A stretch of 64,000 nt of DNA. Origin: Hyphomonas sp. 34-62-18 (GTDB lineage Bacteria; Pseudomonadota; Alphaproteobacteria; Caulobacterales; Hyphomonadaceae). Location of the stretch: NCBI GenBank assembly GCA_002282565.1, contig NCJT01000003.1, positions 10,592 through 74,591 on the forward strand, given 5' to 3'. This document shows positions 18,869 through 27,524 of the stretch, piece after piece. Within the stretch, counting starts at the first letter, position 1. Each line of letters starts with the position of its first letter. The notes below the pieces were generated by a model that worked only from the letters and a program-made list of their open reading frames with translations, did no database searches and was not told where the DNA came from. A program made the translations under genes and the position numbers.

Positions 18869-19549
18869 ATGGGTCTCTTCTCCCGCCTCGGCGACATCAT
18901 CAACTCGAACCTCAATGCGATGCTCGACAGCGCCGAAAACCCCGAAAAAATTGCCCGCCTGATCATCCAGGAAATGGAAGACACGCTGGTGGAAGTGCGC
19001 ACGGCCGCTGCCCGCGCCATGGCCGACAAGAAAGAAATGGAGCGCGAAATCGCCCACTTCACGGCCACGCGCGATGATTGGGCCGCCAAGGCCGAACTGG
19101 CCATCGACAAGGGCCGTGAAGACCTCGCCCGCGGCGCGCTGATTGCCAAGCAGAAATGCGAAACCGAAATCGAGCGCCGTCATCATGCGATGAAAGTCGC
19201 CGAGGAAGCCTTCGACCGCCGCCAGGAAGACCTGACGAAGCTGCAGGCCAAGCTCGACGAAGCCAAGGCAAAGCACCGCGCCCTGGTGATGCGCCGCGAA
19301 GCGGCCGAGCAACGCATCCGCATGCGCAGCCAGATGTATGATGGCCGCGCTGACGAAGCGATCCTCCGCTACAACCAGCTGGAGCGCAAAGTCGACGAGA
19401 TGGAGGCCTATGCCGACACCATCCGCGGACGTGAGCCGAGCCTGGAGCAGGAGTTTGCCGAGCTTGAGCAGAACGAGTCGATCGAGAAGGAACTCGCCGC
19501 GCTGAAAGCCCGCAAAGGCAAGGCGCCGGCGAAGAAGTCGGAGGGCTGA
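18869..19549 (+). CDS. pspA: Phage shock protein A
   Basis: ORF 18650..19549 trimmed to MGLFSRLGDIINSNLNAMLDSAENPEKIARLIIQEMEDTL, the canonical PspA/IM30 N-terminus. Coiled-coil rich. Confidence 0.9.
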   Translation: MGLFSRLGDIINSNLNAMLDSAENPEKIARLIIQEMEDTLVEVRTAAARAMADKKEMEREIAHFTATRDDWAAKAELAIDKGREDLARGALIAKQKCETEIERRHHAMKVAEEAFDRRQEDLTKLQAKLDEAKAKHRALVMRREAAEQRIRMRSQMYDGRADEAILRYNQLERKVDEMEAYADTIRGREPSLEQEFAELEQNESIEKELAALKARKGKAPAKKSEG

Positions 19550-19552
19550 TCA

Positions 19553-19666
19553 ATGGTATTCTCGCTGGTTTGCCTCTTCGGCTTTCTCGCATTGATCTGC
19601 ACGCCGGGCCTCATCGCCCAGGCGCGTGAGGAACGGTCTGCGGCCTCTGCCGCCGGCAAGGAGTGA
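19553..19666 (+). CDS. Candidate 37-aa hydrophobic peptide between pspA and pspB
   Basis: Not in the ORF track because it is under 60 aa. The ATG lies 4 nt after the pspA stop, with a GGAGGG SD 7 nt upstream. MVFSLVCLFGFLALICTPGLIAQAREERSAASAAGKE. Its stop lies just before the pspB ATG. Confidence 0.4.
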   Translation: MVFSLVCLFGFLALICTPGLIAQAREERSAASAAGKE

Positions 19667-19668
19667 TC

Positions 19669-19926
19669 ATGGACGAGATGCTGATCCCGCTCGTCGCGAT
19701 CCTGGCCCTCTTCGTGGTGCTGCCGGGCATGGTGTTTCACTACATCACGCTCTGGCGGCGCCAGAAGACCCTCCAGCCCGACGACGAGCGCATGCTCGAG
19801 GACCTGTGGCGCTCCGCCAAGGCTATGGAGCGGCGCATCGAGACCCTCGAATCGCTGCTCGAAGCCCGGAACGCCGAAACACCTCGCCCGCCCCCGCGCC
19901 CCCGCCGCCCCACTCTTGACGAATAA
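19669..19926 (+). CDS. pspB: Phage shock protein B
   Basis: The ATG at 19669 follows an AAGGAG SD. Single TM then LQPDDERMLEDLWRSAKAMERRIETLESLL, typical PspB. Confidence 0.8.
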   Translation: MDEMLIPLVAILALFVVLPGMVFHYITLWRRQKTLQPDDERMLEDLWRSAKAMERRIETLESLLEARNAETPRPPPRPRRPTLDE

Positions 19927-19937
19927 GGAGACAGGAA

Positions 19938-20354
19938 ATGTCCCGCTCTTACGATCCCTACAACTCCCCCAACCCGAAACGCTTCTACCGTTCGCGCCGT
20001 GACAGTGTGATTGCCGGCGTCTGCGGCGGTCTGGCAGACCGGTTTGGCTGGGAACCCGTTCTCGTCCGTGTACTGTTTGCTGTCCTTACCGTGATCGGTC
20101 TCGGCCCGGTTGCCGTGGTGACCTATATCGTGATCTGGATGATTACGCCGCGGACGCCGATCGGCTACGGCTCCATGAGCCCGGATGAAGACGCGTTCTG
20201 GCGCGGCGTGCAGGACCGCCCACGCGCCACGTTCGGCACCATCAAGTATACCTTCATGGACCTCGACGAACGCCTGAAAAACCTGGAGCGCGCCGTCACC
20301 TCGGATGAATGGCGCCTTCGCCAGGAATTCCGTGACCTCGAAAAAGGCAACTGA
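19938..20354 (+). CDS. pspC: Phage shock protein C (PspC domain)
   Basis: RFYRSRRDSVIAGVCGGLADRFGWEPVLVRVLFAVL is the PspC domain signature. Confidence 0.85.
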   Translation: MSRSYDPYNSPNPKRFYRSRRDSVIAGVCGGLADRFGWEPVLVRVLFAVLTVIGLGPVAVVTYIVIWMITPRTPIGYGSMSPDEDAFWRGVQDRPRATFGTIKYTFMDLDERLKNLERAVTSDEWRLRQEFRDLEKGN

Positions 20355-20401
20355 CCGGGCTCTCCGCCCACCCACACCTACTCCGCCCAAGGACCGGACC
20401 G

Positions 20402-20587
20402 ATGAAACAGGGGCATCTCGTGCATAACAATTGGCTACTCGGCGGACTGGCCGTCGCAATTCTGGCGGCCACCGTCATCCTCAGCTCCATCGCAGGCAAC
20501 ATGTCCCTTGAAGTGGCAGGCCTGTCGGTGAACCTCGAACGCCACGAAAATGGCGGCGTACGGGTCTTCTTCGTGCAGGCGCCCTGA
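20402..20587 (+). CDS. Small membrane protein downstream of pspC (hypothetical)
   Basis: 61 aa. AAGGA 9 nt upstream. One TM (LLGGLAVAILAATVILSSIAG). No family recognised. Confidence 0.4.
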   Translation: MKQGHLVHNNWLLGGLAVAILAATVILSSIAGNMSLEVAGLSVNLERHENGGVRVFFVQAP

Positions 20588-20590
20588 CCT

Positions 20591-22402
20591 TCAGCGCGCC
20601 TTCCTCAGACGCCGGAGGATCTGCCGCGATGGGCTGACAGCCCGGAGGGACGGCAGATCCGCCGGCGGCGGGGCTCCACAAAGCTCTGCCGCAATCAGGC
20701 CAGCCGCCCAGGGCGCCCAGGTAAACCCCCGGCTGCCAAATCCTCCCGCCACATGAACACCCGGCAGCGCGGGCCAGTCATCCCGGTCCGTCCGGCCATC
20801 CCAGATCGCTGTAATTGCGGCCTCATCCGGCGCAGCGCCAATGAGCGGCAAGCGGTCGGGCGTTGTGGCCCTTACAGAAGCGCGGGAAACCGCCCCGCCC
20901 TTCTGCGCTTCATGCACCCACCAGGGCCAGAGCGCGCTTAGACCTGCCAGATTCTCCGCCCGCGCCGCCTCGCTCACCGCCGCGCTGTCGCCAGGCCCGG
21001 CCGGCTCAAAGGTTGCGCCCCAGAGGCGCTGCCCGCCTGTCGCGATGCAGTACGTGCCCGAAGCAATCGCCGACGGCGGCGCTGCGACGGCGCCCGTCAG
21101 ATGCTCCACCTGCCCCTGCCGCCCAGTAAGCTCCAGCGCCGGCAGCAAGGCGCGCAGCGCCATACCGCTGGCGATGACAAGCGCATCAAACGCTTCTCCA
21201 TTCACGCGCCGGCCAGCAAGGTCCACCTCTGGCATTGCGCCAAGGCACAACTCCGCACCCTCCAGCAGCGATGCCACCATCTGCCGGGGACGGAGGATCA
21301 TCGCCCGCTTATGCAGCAGGCCACCCCCTGAAATCGCTTCGAGATCTTCAAGCGGGAATGGCGGGTCCGTCAGCAGCTTTTCAAACCGCTTGACTTCCGT
21401 CTCGTTTCGCGGCGGCTGGCGCACCTCGGTCCACTCGGCGCCGGGGCGGCCAGAATAGAATTCCCGCGCGGCAAGATAAGCATCAATCAGAAGGCGCGCT
21501 TCCGGGGTGTCACCAGCGTCCAGGCGCGGCATCATCAGCGCGAGGGGATTGCCACTCGCCCCCGAGGCCGGTTCCGGAGACGGATCAAAGACAACCGCCT
21601 TAACGCCCACCTGCCCAAGACGACAGGCGACAGACGCCCCTGCAATCCCCGCCCCGAGTACCGCCACCCGGCGTGGCAGCGCTTGCGGCGCAGGAGAACC
21701 CGGAAAAAATGCTTCCAGCCTTTGCCGCTTGCGGCCATGGCCTTCCGCCTTCTGAACGTCAAACCCGGCGGCCGACAGCCCGCGCCGCACATCGCCCGCC
21801 ACGGTAAAGGTCGCTGCCCGCGCGCCGGGCGCTGTGCGCGCGGCGATCAGCGGAAACATATCGTCCGCCCACATGCCCGAATTCTTTGCCGGGCTGAACC
21901 CGTCAAGAAACCAGGCATCAGCTTTGAAACGGCTCGCCGGCAGCATTTGTGCGATGTCGCCCAGATGCAGGATGAGTTCGATACCATCTTCCTCAAAGGT
22001 GAGATGACGCAGGCCGCGCACCGGCCCCGGCCAGCGCGCCAGCAGCTGTGCCGCAAGCGGGCGAAGCTCCGGCCAGGTTTCAAAGGCGCGGGCCGCGTCC
22101 TCCCCCCTCAGCGGGAAGCCTTCAAAGCTGACAAAGCTGAGCCGCGCCTGCGGATGCGGCCGATGCTGACGCCAGAGCTGCCAGAGGGCGAGGAAATTGA
22201 GACCCGTGCCAAAGCCGGTCTCGGCAACGGTGAACTGGCGCCGGCCGGCCCAGGCGTCCGGCAGGCCGCAGCCGTTCAGGAACACTGCCCTCGTCTCGGC
22301 AAGGCCGTCTTCCACGGAAAAATACACGTCCCCAAAGGCGGTCGCGACAGGAGTGCCATCCTCCCGCCACTCGATCTCCGGATGGGTCAGCAGCCGCGTC
22401 AT
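20591..22402 (-). CDS. mnmC: Bifunctional tRNA mnm5s2U34 methyltransferase / FAD-dependent cmnm5s2U34 oxidoreductase MnmC
   Basis: 603 aa. N-terminal MnmD-type SAM MTase ([25 protein letters not shown]) fused to a DAO-type FAD domain ([12 protein letters not shown]). Confidence 0.85.
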   Translation of the reverse strand: MTRLLTHPEIEWREDGTPVATAFGDVYFSVEDGLAETRAVFLNGCGLPDAWAGRRQFTVAETGFGTGLNFLALWQLWRQHRPHPQARLSFVSFEGFPLRGEDAARAFETWPELRPLAAQLLARWPGPVRGLRHLTFEEDGIELILHLGDIAQMLPASRFKADAWFLDGFSPAKNSGMWADDMFPLIAARTAPGARAATFTVAGDVRRGLSAAGFDVQKAEGHGRKRQRLEAFFPGSPAPQALPRRVAVLGAGIAGASVACRLGQVGVKAVVFDPSPEPASGASGNPLALMMPRLDAGDTPEARLLIDAYLAAREFYSGRPGAEWTEVRQPPRNETEVKRFEKLLTDPPFPLEDLEAISGGGLLHKRAMILRPRQMVASLLEGAELCLGAMPEVDLAGRRVNGEAFDALVIASGMALRALLPALELTGRQGQVEHLTGAVAAPPSAIASGTYCIATGGQRLWGATFEPAGPGDSAAVSEAARAENLAGLSALWPWWVHEAQKGGAVSRASVRATTPDRLPLIGAAPDEAAITAIWDGRTDRDDWPALPGVHVAGGFGSRGFTWAPWAAGLIAAELCGAPPPADLPSLRAVSPSRQILRRLRKAR

Positions 22403-22505
22403 GCACCTGCCCTAGCCCGCCCGGCCACAAATGGGAACGGGGCCAGGCATTGCGCTTTTGCCGCGCCTGCCCCACCTTCGGCCAAAGCCAGCAAAGGAGC
22501 CCGGC

Positions 22506-22793
22506 ATGAGCGATCTGGACGTCAAACGCGAGGACGGCCCAACCGGCGGGCGCTACCTTGTCACCATCGATGGCCACACGGCCGAAATGACCTATTCCAA
22601 GGCGGGGGCCACGCGCCTGATCATTGACCATACCGGCGTGCCCGACGCCCTGCGCGGCAAAGGCGCCGGTCAGGCGATGGTTCAGCGGGCGGTGGAAGAT
22701 GCCCGCGCAGCTGGCGTGAAGATCATCCCTCTCTGCCCCTTCGCCAAGGCGCAGATCGGCAAGCACCCCGAATGGCAGGACGTTCTGGCTTAA
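22506..22793 (+). CDS. Small GNAT-like acetyltransferase (YjdJ / PF14542-like)
   Basis: ORF 22431..22793 trimmed to MSDLDVKREDG. The GKGAGQAMVQRAVEDARAAGVKIIPLCPF motif is typical of the 90-100 aa GNAT-like family. Confidence 0.65.
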   Translation: MSDLDVKREDGPTGGRYLVTIDGHTAEMTYSKAGATRLIIDHTGVPDALRGKGAGQAMVQRAVEDARAAGVKIIPLCPFAKAQIGKHPEWQDVLA

Positions 22794-22822
22794 CCAGGCA
22801 AGAGACTGAGAGAGGCCGGCAG

Positions 22823-23068
22823 ATGGGCATTCTGTTGAGGATACTGGGCGTGATCTGGATCCTTGCGGGGATCGCGATCACCAGTTTCGCGGTGATCGGG
22901 GTCACAGCCGAAGAGAGCAGCCACGAAGACGCGGCCTATGTTGTCGGCGCCTTCATTGGCGCCGGGCTGGTGGTGACGCCGGTTTGGCTGACTGGCATTG
23001 CCTTCTTCCTCCTGCCCGGCTGGATCCGTAAACAGCTTGCCAGCAAACAGACGGACATTTTCGCATGA
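22823..23068 (+). CDS. Small two-TM membrane protein (hypothetical)
   Basis: MGILLRILGVIWILAGIAITSFAVIG and a second helix GAFIGAGLVVTPVWLTGIAFFLL. No family recognised. Confidence 0.45.
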   Translation: MGILLRILGVIWILAGIAITSFAVIGVTAEESSHEDAAYVVGAFIGAGLVVTPVWLTGIAFFLLPGWIRKQLASKQTDIFA

Positions 23069-23343
23069 GCCAGACCATCACCCATGACGCCGGCCGCCAG
23101 CGCTACAGCCTGATCGTTGACGGTGTTGAAGCCTACCTGACCTATGAGCGCCGCCAGCCTGGCGTGCGCCATATCACCCATACCATCGTGCCAGATGCCA
23201 TTGGCGGGCGCGGCCTCGGCAAGAAGCTGGTCACCGCGATCATGAACGATGTGAAGGCCGGCGGCGAACGCGTCACCTCTTCCTGCTGGTATGCCAGCGG
23301 CGTGATCGACAAGACGCCCGAATGGTCCGCGCTGAAAGCCTGA
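23065..23343 (+). CDS. Small GNAT-like acetyltransferase (YjdJ / PF14542-like), paralog of 22506..22793
   Basis: 92 aa. GRGLGKKLVTAIMNDVKAGGERVTSSCWY parallels the motif in the upstream paralog. Confidence 0.65.
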   Translation: MSQTITHDAGRQRYSLIVDGVEAYLTYERRQPGVRHITHTIVPDAIGGRGLGKKLVTAIMNDVKAGGERVTSSCWYASGVIDKTPEWSALKA

Positions 23344-23347
23344 CGGA

Positions 23348-23803
23348 ATGCCAAGGCCCAAACCCTTCTGGAAAACCAAGACCCTGGAGGAAATGACCCC
23401 GGAGGAATGGGAAAGCCTGTGCGATGGCTGCGGCAAATGCTGTGTCGTCAAGCTGGAAGACGAAGACACCGGGGCGCTCGCCTATACGCGGCTGCACTGC
23501 AAGCTGCTGGATGGCAGCACATGCCAATGCTCTGACTATGCCAACCGCCGCCAGCATGTGCCCGACTGCGTGCAGCTGACCCCTGTGGTGGTCGAACAGG
23601 TAGACTGGCTGCCCCGCACCTGCGCCTACCGGCTGATCGATGAGGGCAAGCCCCTGCCCGCCTGGCACCACCTCGTTTGCGGCGACCGCGAGCGCATCCA
23701 CGAACTCGGCCACTCCATCCGTGGGCAGACTGTCTCGGAAGAGACCGTCTTCGAGGAAGACGAGATCGACTGGGTAATAGATTGGGACGGCACTGAACCT
23801 TAA
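23348..23803 (+). CDS. ycgN: YcgN family cysteine-cluster protein (UPF0260)
   Basis: PFWKTKTLEEMTPEEWESLCDGCGKCCVVKLEDEDTG...WLPRTCAYRL..GKPLPAWH aligns closely with E. coli YcgN as I recall it. Confidence 0.85.
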   Translation: MPRPKPFWKTKTLEEMTPEEWESLCDGCGKCCVVKLEDEDTGALAYTRLHCKLLDGSTCQCSDYANRRQHVPDCVQLTPVVVEQVDWLPRTCAYRLIDEGKPLPAWHHLVCGDRERIHELGHSIRGQTVSEETVFEEDEIDWVIDWDGTEP

Positions 23804-23867
23804 TGGTCCGCCGCTGCAGCCTGCCCCGTTCAGGCCTCCTTAACAGCGCCCATGTCATGATGGGGAA

Positions 23868-24767
23868 ATGGACGTTCTGCCCGCCTTCCTTGACCATCTG
23901 ACCCGTGAGCGCCGCATGGCCGCCAAGACGGTGGAGGCCTATGGCAGCGACCTCTCTTTCTTCCTGGCATTCCTGCGGGTGCATATGGGTGGGGAACCCT
24001 CCCTCGCCCTGCTGGCAGACGTCCGCGCGCGCGACATCCGCGCCTATCTGGCCGAGCGTCGCCGCGAGGGCCTCTCTGACGCGAGCGTGGCGCGCATCCT
24101 CTCTTCCATCAAGGCGCTCTATCGCTGGGTGGACCGCGCCCATGGCATCAACAATGCCGAGGTCGGCTATCTGCAAGGCCCTCGCCGGCCCCAGCGCCTG
24201 CCCCGCCCGGTTTCCATCGATGCCGCGCGCGACCTCATCTCCGAGGCCGAAAGCGAGCCGGATCAGGAGCCCTGGATCGGCGCGCGCGACGCGGCTGTGC
24301 TTTCGCTGCTTTACGGCGCGGGCCTGCGTATTTCAGAGGCCCTCAGCCTGACGGGCGCTGACCTTCCGGCCCCTGAGCGCCTGCGCATCAAGGGGAAAGG
24401 CGGCAAGGTCCGCATCGTGCCGCTGATCCCGGCTGTGCGTGACGCCATTCATGCGTATGCGGAGATCTGCCCCTGGGCGCTGACACGCGACAAGCCCCTC
24501 TTCCGGGGCGCCAAAGGCGGCGCGCTGAACCCGCGCCTCATCCAGGGCGTGATGCAGCGCATGCGCGCCTATCTGGGCCTGCCGGAAACGGCCACGCCCC
24601 ACGCATTGCGCCATGCGTTCGCTACGCATCTGCTGGCAAACGGGGCTGACCTGCGCGCCATCCAGACGCTTCTGGGCCATGCCTCCCTCTCCACCACGCA
24701 GGTCTATACAGGCATCGACTCCTCGCGCCTTCGCGAAGTTCACGCCGCCGCCCACCCGCGCGCCTGA
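23868..24767 (+). CDS. xerC: Tyrosine recombinase XerC (chromosome dimer resolution)
   Basis: 299 aa. Catalytic blocks LLYGAGLRISEAL, HALRHAFATHLL and LLGHASLSTTQVYT. Confidence 0.85.
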   Translation: MDVLPAFLDHLTRERRMAAKTVEAYGSDLSFFLAFLRVHMGGEPSLALLADVRARDIRAYLAERRREGLSDASVARILSSIKALYRWVDRAHGINNAEVGYLQGPRRPQRLPRPVSIDAARDLISEAESEPDQEPWIGARDAAVLSLLYGAGLRISEALSLTGADLPAPERLRIKGKGGKVRIVPLIPAVRDAIHAYAEICPWALTRDKPLFRGAKGGALNPRLIQGVMQRMRAYLGLPETATPHALRHAFATHLLANGADLRAIQTLLGHASLSTTQVYTGIDSSRLREVHAAAHPRA

Positions 24768-24774
24768 AGCCGCC

Positions 24775-25947
24775 TCAGGGCGCGAGCTGCGCAGTCAATG
24801 CATCAGCCAGAAGCCGGCCGCTTTCGGTCAGGGAAAGTTCCGATCCCTGCATTTTCACCCAGCCCTGCTCGGCGAACACCGCCAGCTTGTCACGCGGCAC
24901 CTGTTTGCCCGACACCAGCTCCACCCGGCGCAGGTCTACGCCTTCAGCCGCGCGCAGGCCCATGGCGAGCAGTTCGCGCGCAATGTCGAGGGGGGGAAGC
25001 TTGCCCGCATCGGCCCAGCCTTCTTGCAGCATCTGGAGACCGGCGATGTAGGCTTCCGGGCGCCGCTCAGCCTCGGTGGCATAGCGATTGCCGCTGACCG
25101 AGAGACGGCCATGCGCGCCGGGGCCAACCCCGATCCAGTCCCCGCCCCGCCAGTAAATGAGGTTGTGGCGTGACTGGTGCGCCGGCGACGCGGCATGATT
25201 GGACACTTCATAGGCCGGCAGCCCCGCCCGCGCCGTCATCTGCTGGGTGAGTTCGTAAAGGTCCGCCTGTGCATCATCCGGCATCGGAACAATATCGCCC
25301 CGCGCGGCGGCCTTTCCAAAGGCTGTCGCGGGCTCGAAAGTCAGCTCGTAAAGCGAAAGATGCGGCGCGCCGAGCGCGAGTGCGTCGGCGAGTTCGGCCT
25401 CCCAATTGGCGGGCGACTGGCCGGGGCGCGCATAGATCAGATCCATGGAAACGGACTCGAACACTTTCAGTGCCCGCTTCACCGCCTCCCCGCCTGCCTC
25501 GGCATCGTGATCGCGCCCAAGGAACGCCAAGGCAGCATCGCGCATGGACTGCACACCGATCGACAGACGCGTCACGCCCGCCCGGCGCAAACCCACAAGG
25601 TCCGCCCTCAGAACATCATTGGGGTTGGCCTCAAGCGTCACCTCAGCCCCATCCTGGAGGCCGAAGGTATCAGACGCCGCCTTCAGGATCTCGCCAACCT
25701 GTTCGGGCCGCAGCAGCGCCGGTGTGCCGCCGCCGAAATACACCGTATCCAGCGCGCCATGCTGGGGAAGCTTTCGGCGATGGGCGCGAATGTCTTCGGC
25801 GATGGCAGAAACCAGCGGCTCGGTCACCCGGTCCTTGGCGGCGTAGACGTTGAAATCACAATAGGGGCAGATGCGAGCGCAGTAGGGCCAGTGGATGTAG
25901 ATACCGAAACCGAAATGCGGGCCGAACGGGGCAAAAACCTGCGTCAT
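24775..25947 (-). CDS. hemW: Radical SAM heme chaperone HemW (HemN-like, oxygen-independent coproporphyrinogen oxidase family)
   Basis: 390 aa. [16 protein letters not shown] radical-SAM cluster motif. 4-nt overlap with rdgB. Confidence 0.85.
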   Translation of the reverse strand: MTQVFAPFGPHFGFGIYIHWPYCARICPYCDFNVYAAKDRVTEPLVSAIAEDIRAHRRKLPQHGALDTVYFGGGTPALLRPEQVGEILKAASDTFGLQDGAEVTLEANPNDVLRADLVGLRRAGVTRLSIGVQSMRDAALAFLGRDHDAEAGGEAVKRALKVFESVSMDLIYARPGQSPANWEAELADALALGAPHLSLYELTFEPATAFGKAAARGDIVPMPDDAQADLYELTQQMTARAGLPAYEVSNHAASPAHQSRHNLIYWRGGDWIGVGPGAHGRLSVSGNRYATEAERRPEAYIAGLQMLQEGWADAGKLPPLDIARELLAMGLRAAEGVDLRRVELVSGKQVPRDKLAVFAEQGWVKMQGSELSLTESGRLLADALTAQLAP

Positions 25948-26543
25948 GCGAGCAGCGCCGCGCGGAGTTTTTCAACCGCCCGCGCCCGGTGGCTCATGGC
26001 ATGTTTCCGCGCAGGCTCCATCTCGCCAAAAGTCTCGGTCTCGCCATCGGCCACGAAAACGGGGTCATAGCCAAACCCCTTCTCCCCTCGCGGCGGCCAG
26101 ACGAGCGTGCCATGCACCTCGCCCTCATAAACCGCTTCGGTGCCATCAGGCCAGGCCACGGCCAGCGCGCAGACAAACTTCGCTGACCGGTCCGGTGAAC
26201 CCGACTTCTGAAGCTCTGCCTCGACCTTTTCCATTGCCTTGTAAAAATCGCGCGGCTCGCCCGCCCAACGGGCCGAATAGATGCCCGGCTGGCCGCCGAG
26301 GGCGGTCACGGACAGGCCAGAATCATCCGACAGGGCCGGCAGGCCCGTCGCCTTCATGGCGGCGCGGGCTTTCAGCAGCGCATTGCCGGCAAAACTATCC
26401 TCGGTTTCTTCTGGCTCATCCAGACCGAGTTCAAGGGCAGAAACCACCTCAAAACCATGGGGCGCGAACAGATCTTTCAGTTCGGACACCTTGCCCTTGT
26501 TGTGTGTAGCTGCCACGAGTTTTCCGGGCACGAGGCGGGGCAT
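25944..26543 (-). CDS. rdgB: Non-canonical purine NTP pyrophosphatase RdgB (HAM1 family)
   Basis: ORF 25944..26600 trimmed to [22 protein letters not shown]. Contains [17 protein letters not shown] and FGYDPVF blocks. Confidence 0.85.
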   Translation of the reverse strand: MPRLVPGKLVAATHNKGKVSELKDLFAPHGFEVVSALELGLDEPEETEDSFAGNALLKARAAMKATGLPALSDDSGLSVTALGGQPGIYSARWAGEPRDFYKAMEKVEAELQKSGSPDRSAKFVCALAVAWPDGTEAVYEGEVHGTLVWPPRGEKGFGYDPVFVADGETETFGEMEPARKHAMSHRARAVEKLRAALLA

Positions 26544-26604
26544 AGCCGTAGCATTATTCACAGTTATGTGGCTCCATTCTTGCTTTATGCGCGAATGCAT
26601 ATAT

Positions 26605-26622
26605 CGTTATTCGGCAATAACG
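26605..26622. promoter_or_regulatory. Perfect palindrome CGTTATT-CGGC-AATAACG in the rdgB / DUF2975 divergent region (candidate operator)
   Basis: 7-bp arms with a 4-nt spacer in an AT-rich 128-nt intergenic region. Confidence 0.35.
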
Positions 26623-26671
26623 GGACGGCGCGCAGGCAAAGTTCCGCTTCATAAACCATCAACCGAACTGG

Positions 26672-27217
26672 GTGAAAAGGCCGGGTATGACAAAGACAGG
26701 CCGGAATTCGATGGCAGAGGCGATGACCGTTCTGGTCACCGTGGCGATGTGGATTGCAGGCGCCTTCGGCGTCATCGGCATTCCCGTGCTGAGCCTTGGC
26801 CTGATCGCGAGCCTCTCCAATGGTGAGGCGTCGCTGCCGGGCATAGAGGCGCTGGCAGACGGCGTGTCGCCGGGCAGCTTCGTGATCGCGCTGGGCTTGC
26901 TGTGCGTCATTGTGCCGGGTGTGATCTTCATCTGCATCCAGATGCGCCGAATCTTGCTGACCCTGGTGGAGGGCGATCCCTTCGTGCCGGAAAATGCCGG
27001 GCGCCTCTCGCGGATTGGCGTCGCCATCGCTGCAATGGAGATCATCCGGATTGTGACACTCCTGGTTGTGCGCGCCATGCCCAGCCTCGTGGGAGACGCG
27101 CCGCCAAAGCTCTCAACCCAGCTCATACTGTGGATTTCCGTGGCAGCGCTGTTCATCCTTTCCCAAGTCTTCCGGGAAGGCACCCGCCTTCGCGACGAAG
27201 AAAAAATGACGATCTGA
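26672..27217 (+). CDS. DUF2975 family membrane protein
   Basis: GTG 26672 or ATG 26687. Four TM helices. LVEGDPFVPENAGRLSRIGVAIAA and C-terminal FREGTRLRDEEKMTI resemble DUF2975. Followed by its usual HTH partner. Confidence 0.65.
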   Translation: MKRPGMTKTGRNSMAEAMTVLVTVAMWIAGAFGVIGIPVLSLGLIASLSNGEASLPGIEALADGVSPGSFVIALGLLCVIVPGVIFICIQMRRILLTLVEGDPFVPENAGRLSRIGVAIAAMEIIRIVTLLVVRAMPSLVGDAPPKLSTQLILWISVAALFILSQVFREGTRLRDEEKMTI

Positions 27218-27232
27218 GGAGCACTGACGGAC

Positions 27233-27472
27233 ATGACCATTCGCGTGACCCTCGACCGTGTGCTTCTGGAACGCCGCATGTCGCTCACTGAGCTTTCCGA
27301 GCGCGTGGGCGTTACCTTGGCCAACCTGTCGATCCTGAAAACCGGCAAGGCAAAAGCGATCCGCTTCTCAACCCTCGAAGCGCTCTGCCGCGAATTGAAA
27401 TGCCAGCCGGGCGACCTGCTCGTCTTCGACACGGAAGGCGAAGAAGACGAACGCCAGGTCGCGGCTGAATAG
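27233..27472 (+). CDS. YozG-type (HTH_26 / XRE-like) small transcriptional regulator
   Basis: 79 aa. IRVTLDRVLLERRMSLTELSERVGVTLANLSILKTGKAKAIRFSTLEALCRELKCQPGDLL is the classic family sequence. Confidence 0.8.
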   Translation: MTIRVTLDRVLLERRMSLTELSERVGVTLANLSILKTGKAKAIRFSTLEALCRELKCQPGDLLVFDTEGEEDERQVAAE

Positions 27473-27474
27473 CG

Positions 27475-27522
27475 ATCAATGGAATTAGATTGATTTTTGT
27501 GGATCAATGGAATATCATTGAT
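27475..27522. promoter_or_regulatory. Tandem pair of ATCAAT-N8-ATTGAT palindromes (candidate operators) directly upstream of the SatD-like gene
   Basis: Site 1 at 27475..27494 (ATCAATggaattagATTGAT). Site 2 at 27503..27522 (ATCAATggaatatcATTGAT, extended to GGATCAATG/CATTGATCC). Starts are 28 nt apart. Confidence 0.6.
27490..27518 (+). promoter_or_regulatory. Predicted sigma-70-type promoter giving a leaderless SatD-like mRNA
   Basis: TTGATT (27490-27495), 17-nt spacer, TATCAT (27513-27518). The ATG at 27525 lies 7 nt after the -10 and has no SD. Both hexamers overlap the palindromes. Confidence 0.4.
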
Positions 27523-27524
27523 CC

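Noticed and set aside
23868-24767. Tyrosine recombinase as a possible integrase marking a mobile element
   Set aside because: The sequence and length fit the chromosomal XerC. Composition is native, and there is no adjacent tRNA, att-like repeat, excisionase or cargo. The low-GC blocks in the window are far from it.
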